Assembly (NCBI GenBank): GCA_964487045.1
Contig: CAZAOT010000001.1
Coordinates: 4,875 to 68,874, forward strand
Direction: 5' to 3'
DNA: 64,000 nucleotides
Source: an uncultured Candidatus Saccharibacteria bacterium
Lineage (GTDB): Bacteria; Patescibacteriota; UBA1384; DTJR01
In this document: in pieces, positions 61,601-64,000 of the stretch
Numbering within the stretch: the stretch's first letter is position 1
How the letters are laid out: the number at the start of each line of letters is the position of its first letter
Translations under genes and position numbers: made by a program
Notes under the pieces: generated by a model
Told to the model about the DNA's origin: nothing
The model's database searches: none
What the model saw: only the letters and a program-made list of their open reading frames with translations

Positions 61601-63063
61601 AGTGGGCAACTGGCACTGGCCAAGACAGCGCCACATTCCATCATTATTCAGTCGAGCGCTCGACAGATAATGCTACATTTACCGAACTTGCTACTACCAC
61701 ATCAACTGCCTACATCGATGCTGATCTATCAAATACTTCCGCGTATTACTATCGAATAAAGTCTGTTGATAATGCTGGATCCAGTTCGGTTGCTTCGACG
61801 ACAGTTTCGAAAACTCCTACCGGGAACTATCCCACGCCTCCAACGATAGTGTCTGAGCCAACTTCAGTTGTTAAAGCGACTTCAGCGACAGTGACTTGGG
61901 TCACAAATAGAGCTTCAACTGGTGCGGTTAAATTTGGCACATCGGAAAGTGATATGGATCGAAGTCAGCTTGATGCGGAGGAGAGGACGGAGCATCAGAT
62001 CACTCTTCCCGGCTTAGAGCCAAATACGACCTATTATTTCAAGGTTCAATCGCTTGATAGTGCTAGGGACTATTCTGATTCCGAAGCATATTCTTCGATT
62101 TTTACGCTAAAGACACTTGCCTCCCCAGGAATTCAAAACGTAAAAATTACCAATATTAGCTTAGATTCGGCTGATATTTCCTGGGAGACTTCGTCCGCTT
62201 CTACAACCTTGATCAGATATGGGACAACGATCAATTATGATAAGTCGTGGGAAGACGCATCCTCATATACGACTAATCACACATTTAAACTTCAGGACTT
62301 AAATCATACGAGCACATATCACTTTAAAATCAGTGGCCTAGATGCTGATGAGAATAGTATCAATTCAGATGACTATGTTTTTGATACTCTACCATTACCG
62401 AAGATCTCCGCGGTTTCTTTTGACACTGACTATTCGGATGCTGAGCCCCAAACATCAATTAGTTGGACGACCAATGTTGCGACAACTTCCTCGGTTGAAT
62501 ATTTTCCAAAAAGCGGAGGCAATGTCGCTTACGAAGAAAGCCAATCAGACCTGATCACTACTCACAAGGTTAAGCTTACAAAGCTTTCCGACAATACGTC
62601 TTATAGTTTTTATGTTTCTGGAACGGATCAATTTGGAAATAAGGCTACTTCAGATGAATATATCTTTAATACCCCGTTTGACTCAAGGCCGGCCCGAATC
62701 ACCGATGTCCAGGTAGAAACTTCAAATGTCGGATTAGATAAACAGGATAAGGCTCAAATCATTGTGTCGTGGAAGACTGACGAGCCGGCTACGACTCAAG
62801 TCGAATACGGCAAAGGTGTAAGCGGTGATTATACAAATAAGACCAGCGAAGATAAAACTCTCACTAATGAGCATTTTGTTATACTCTCAGATCTCGAACC
62901 AAACCAACCATATCATTTACGGGTAATTTCCAAGGACAAGGGTGGTAACGAATCAATCGGAGAGGATACAAACTCCATTCCTGGAGAAGTACCACGATCC
63001 ATGCTGCAGGTCATATTCTCAACTTTTGAAAAAGTGTTTGGTTGGTTGGAAAAATTAGTATAG
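58612..63063 (+). CDS. giant surface protein paralogue (about 1480 aa)
   Basis: start ATG overlaps upstream TGA (ATGA); cleavable signal-like N-terminus; C-terminal about 700 aa collinear with upstream gene (FDCQTSAPPTPVAVS..., YYYRIKSVDNAGSSSVAS); conserved tail EVPRSMLQV...FGWL. Confidence 0.6.
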   Translation: MRYIAKIKNHLLFALISIMILSVVVISPWHKPSVARASWYPDAAWQYRQQIVIDHTKVAADQSDFPVMLKITSQYNPVFASAKDDGTDILFTSSDGATKLSHEIETFSKTSKELWAWVKIPTLSSSNDVTLYMYYGNADATNQQNNNDVWSNNYSAVWHLGEASGNSLDSTSSGISGTIGTGVTQNVSNKLARYYSLAGAGSVNYGNSSALPNGTSAKTLCGWGRSNSVAVGYRWMAAYGTGATNQALFIGMNGTTAYGGGYGNDLTSSNFWSAGEWKYLCVTYDGTQGALYGNGSQLVAPTTKPWSLVRNQTYLGQQVGATEYWNGDLDQVTISSTARSSTWIQTEYNNQNDPGSFATFYWEKNQNNYNQTTESDWLSSNWLYRQKIQVTNNTASALTDYQVLIDSGSLNLSNVFSKANSDGSDIRFGNNSSSEELNYYMQSYSKVSGTAKIWVKIPYLPASGSGYIYLYYGNSGAASLSNLTNVNSSTETKISIGLTANATSYFSSYVPANTIDGNTSSTFWHGNNDGQLHNLWVSGISNKILSSVKVYHYAGQWASTFKIQGSNDNFASDIREFASVTSPTQNMTFSNINDSASSVRYQTLTTTNWYNPTIYEIEIYTKFKTASSEPTLILSGSEVAFDSDIPSNPSSFVGKNISGGAITLDPTAYYNYTTPEISWPTVGSAGGASDSTTGVDGYYMYFGTSCGGGGADPALTRGLLSDTGSGLHYSAAVSISAPTLSTDGTYCLRLKTKDVAGNISSAVEAFVYKFDASSPSQPTYIAANPAGYTSTNSFSFSWPAASDTGGSLFAGYQYKRGGSSGDGWSSTITQTSVSGIQSYQTGENIFLVRAIDNAQNVSSETQTNYYYSSNAPTKPTSFSASPEISATNNFSFSWTAPVHDIEIDEYGYSINAAPTMQNITWTGSNSTSIAAGPFATKQGVNTIYLVAKDAAGNYAFDQANYATANFDCQTSAPPTPVAVSAVDSSDRSISRWMITTQWATGTGQDSATFHHYSVERSTDNATFTELATTTSTAYIDADLSNTSAYYYRIKSVDNAGSSSVASTTVSKTPTGNYPTPPTIVSEPTSVVKATSATVTWVTNRASTGAVKFGTSESDMDRSQLDAEERTEHQITLPGLEPNTTYYFKVQSLDSARDYSDSEAYSSIFTLKTLASPGIQNVKITNISLDSADISWETSSASTTLIRYGTTINYDKSWEDASSYTTNHTFKLQDLNHTSTYHFKISGLDADENSINSDDYVFDTLPLPKISAVSFDTDYSDAEPQTSISWTTNVATTSSVEYFPKSGGNVAYEESQSDLITTHKVKLTKLSDNTSYSFYVSGTDQFGNKATSDEYIFNTPFDSRPARITDVQVETSNVGLDKQDKAQIIVSWKTDEPATTQVEYGKGVSGDYTNKTSEDKTLTNEHFVILSDLEPNQPYHLRVISKDKGGNESIGEDTNSIPGEVPRSMLQVIFSTFEKVFGWLEKLV

Positions 63064-63072
63064 ACTATTCGC

Positions 63073-63762
63073 ATGGCAGATCTAGCAAAAAAAATACTTG
63101 AAAGTATAAAAGCTGGCTTGGGTTTGATAGGAAAGTATCTTTTAATGGTAATTATAATTGCCAGAAATTTTATCACTCGTAAACGAAGACTTTATGCAAA
63201 CCCGGTATTTTATATTGCTCTTATTGGTGCTTTTTGTGCTGGAGTCTATTTAAGACAACCTGCTCAGAATATAATGTCGAAAAATTCTAAGTCAAAAGAA
63301 AAGACGCAGGTAGCTAAAGTTGTTGAAACTGATTTTTATACTGGTTGGGAAAAATATGAAGATCAGTTGGGATATACGATTCGCTACCCGAAAGATTGGC
63401 AATTTAAAAAAGAAGATGAGCTGTCTAGGTCGTTGTGTAAAGATGAATATTGTCTGTATTTTGCGATGAATAAACAAGGGAGTGGGGAATTAAAAATTTT
63501 CCAGCGCTACGACAAAGAGAAGCCAACAGACTCTGGATACTTAAAAATAGGGGAAGAAAAGCTTAAAAAGCAGAAATATCTAGTTGGCGAGAAAGCAAAA
63601 GAATATTATTATCCAAAAACAGTTCAAAATGTTAAAAATTTTCAAATTATTGCCAGTTTTGCTTATAAAAACAAAAAAGTTGAAGAAGCGAGCGTAGATA
63701 TGGAAACGCTTGATTCAAGAGCGATTGCAGAAAAAATCTTGCAATCAATCGAGCTAAAGTAG
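63073..63762 (+). CDS. hypothetical membrane-anchored protein
   Basis: 229 aa, two N-terminal TM helices then K/E-rich soluble domain. Confidence 0.45.
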   Translation: MADLAKKILESIKAGLGLIGKYLLMVIIIARNFITRKRRLYANPVFYIALIGAFCAGVYLRQPAQNIMSKNSKSKEKTQVAKVVETDFYTGWEKYEDQLGYTIRYPKDWQFKKEDELSRSLCKDEYCLYFAMNKQGSGELKIFQRYDKEKPTDSGYLKIGEEKLKKQKYLVGEKAKEYYYPKTVQNVKNFQIIASFAYKNKKVEEASVDMETLDSRAIAEKILQSIELK

Positions 63763-64000
63763 GTTGTTGAATCGGTTCTAACGGGTGATATAATTGACTT
63801 GTATCAAAAAAGGCGGGGGTGCATCTGAAGAAATTCAGATTAGACCTAAATATAAGAGAAAAGTTCTCTCTAGATTCTAAGTCTCGGGGGTATTTATATT
63901 TGACTCATATTTGCAAGTTGAATCGATTTAAGATATCATCTTCCTTTCTAGAGCGAGCTCAAAAAGTGCTTAAAAATATCTGGGACCTTGCCTATCAAAA

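Overview
Assessment by eye of the sequence and the supplied ORF track; no database search was run. The window appears to be an A+T-rich bacterial chromosome segment with features often seen in reduced-genome lineages: short aminoacyl-tRNA synthetases, giant paralogous surface proteins and a dense cell-surface glycan locus.

Bases 1-24100 are one long surface-polysaccharide locus. It carries dTDP-rhamnose genes (rfbB, a cupin epimerase, rfbA), an acetyl-CoA synthetase, and a pseudaminic-acid pathway (PseB, PseC, PseH-like GNAT, PseI, PseF) with a HisH/HisF/PP-loop amidotransferase trio, which predicts an acetamidino-modified nonulosonic acid. It also has a methylase, an NHL-repeat protein, a Wzx-like flippase, four GT2 glycosyltransferases, an acyltransferase-3, a GtrB-like/GT-C/DUF2304 lipid-linked sugar module and a GalE-like epimerase.

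From about 24.2 kb to 52 kb the A+T-rich backbone is interrupted by at least eight compact G+C-rich cassettes. Most have a readable TTGAYT-type sigma70-like -35 element, a strong Shine-Dalgarno, often a TTG start, and a strong intrinsic terminator. The backbone genes here are a HIT hydrolase, a VIT transporter, a radical SAM protein, a cyclophilin, a GH1 glucosidase, an HTH/Doc toxin-antitoxin pair, a TPR protein, ValRS and TrpRS.

Cassette cargo:
- a PlsY-like acyltransferase fused to a Rossmann domain, followed by a divergent GpsA-like dehydrogenase
- a GT4 glycosyltransferase that is a clear high-GC xenologue of the A+T-rich GT4 gene immediately next to it
- a minus-strand micro-operon of four tiny proteins (37231-38100), three of them mostly hydrophobic
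- several orphan proteins

The most structured feature is a composite element at tRNA-Arg. The tRNA 3' end is duplicated as a 22-nt direct repeat at 38301-38322 and 41187-41208. The 2.9 kb between the copies holds a large serine recombinase bracketed by near-perfect ~100-bp inverted repeats. Next to it is a second cassette, bracketed by a different ~95-bp inverted-repeat pair, carrying a G+C-rich orphan gene. All junctions fall on GTACCAG / CTGGTAC palindromic motifs.

The window ends with two translationally coupled giant LamG/FN3-type surface proteins that share a conserved C-terminal tail. Three tRNAs are present (Ser-GCT, Arg-GCG, Ser-TGA). No CRISPR array and no rRNA were found.
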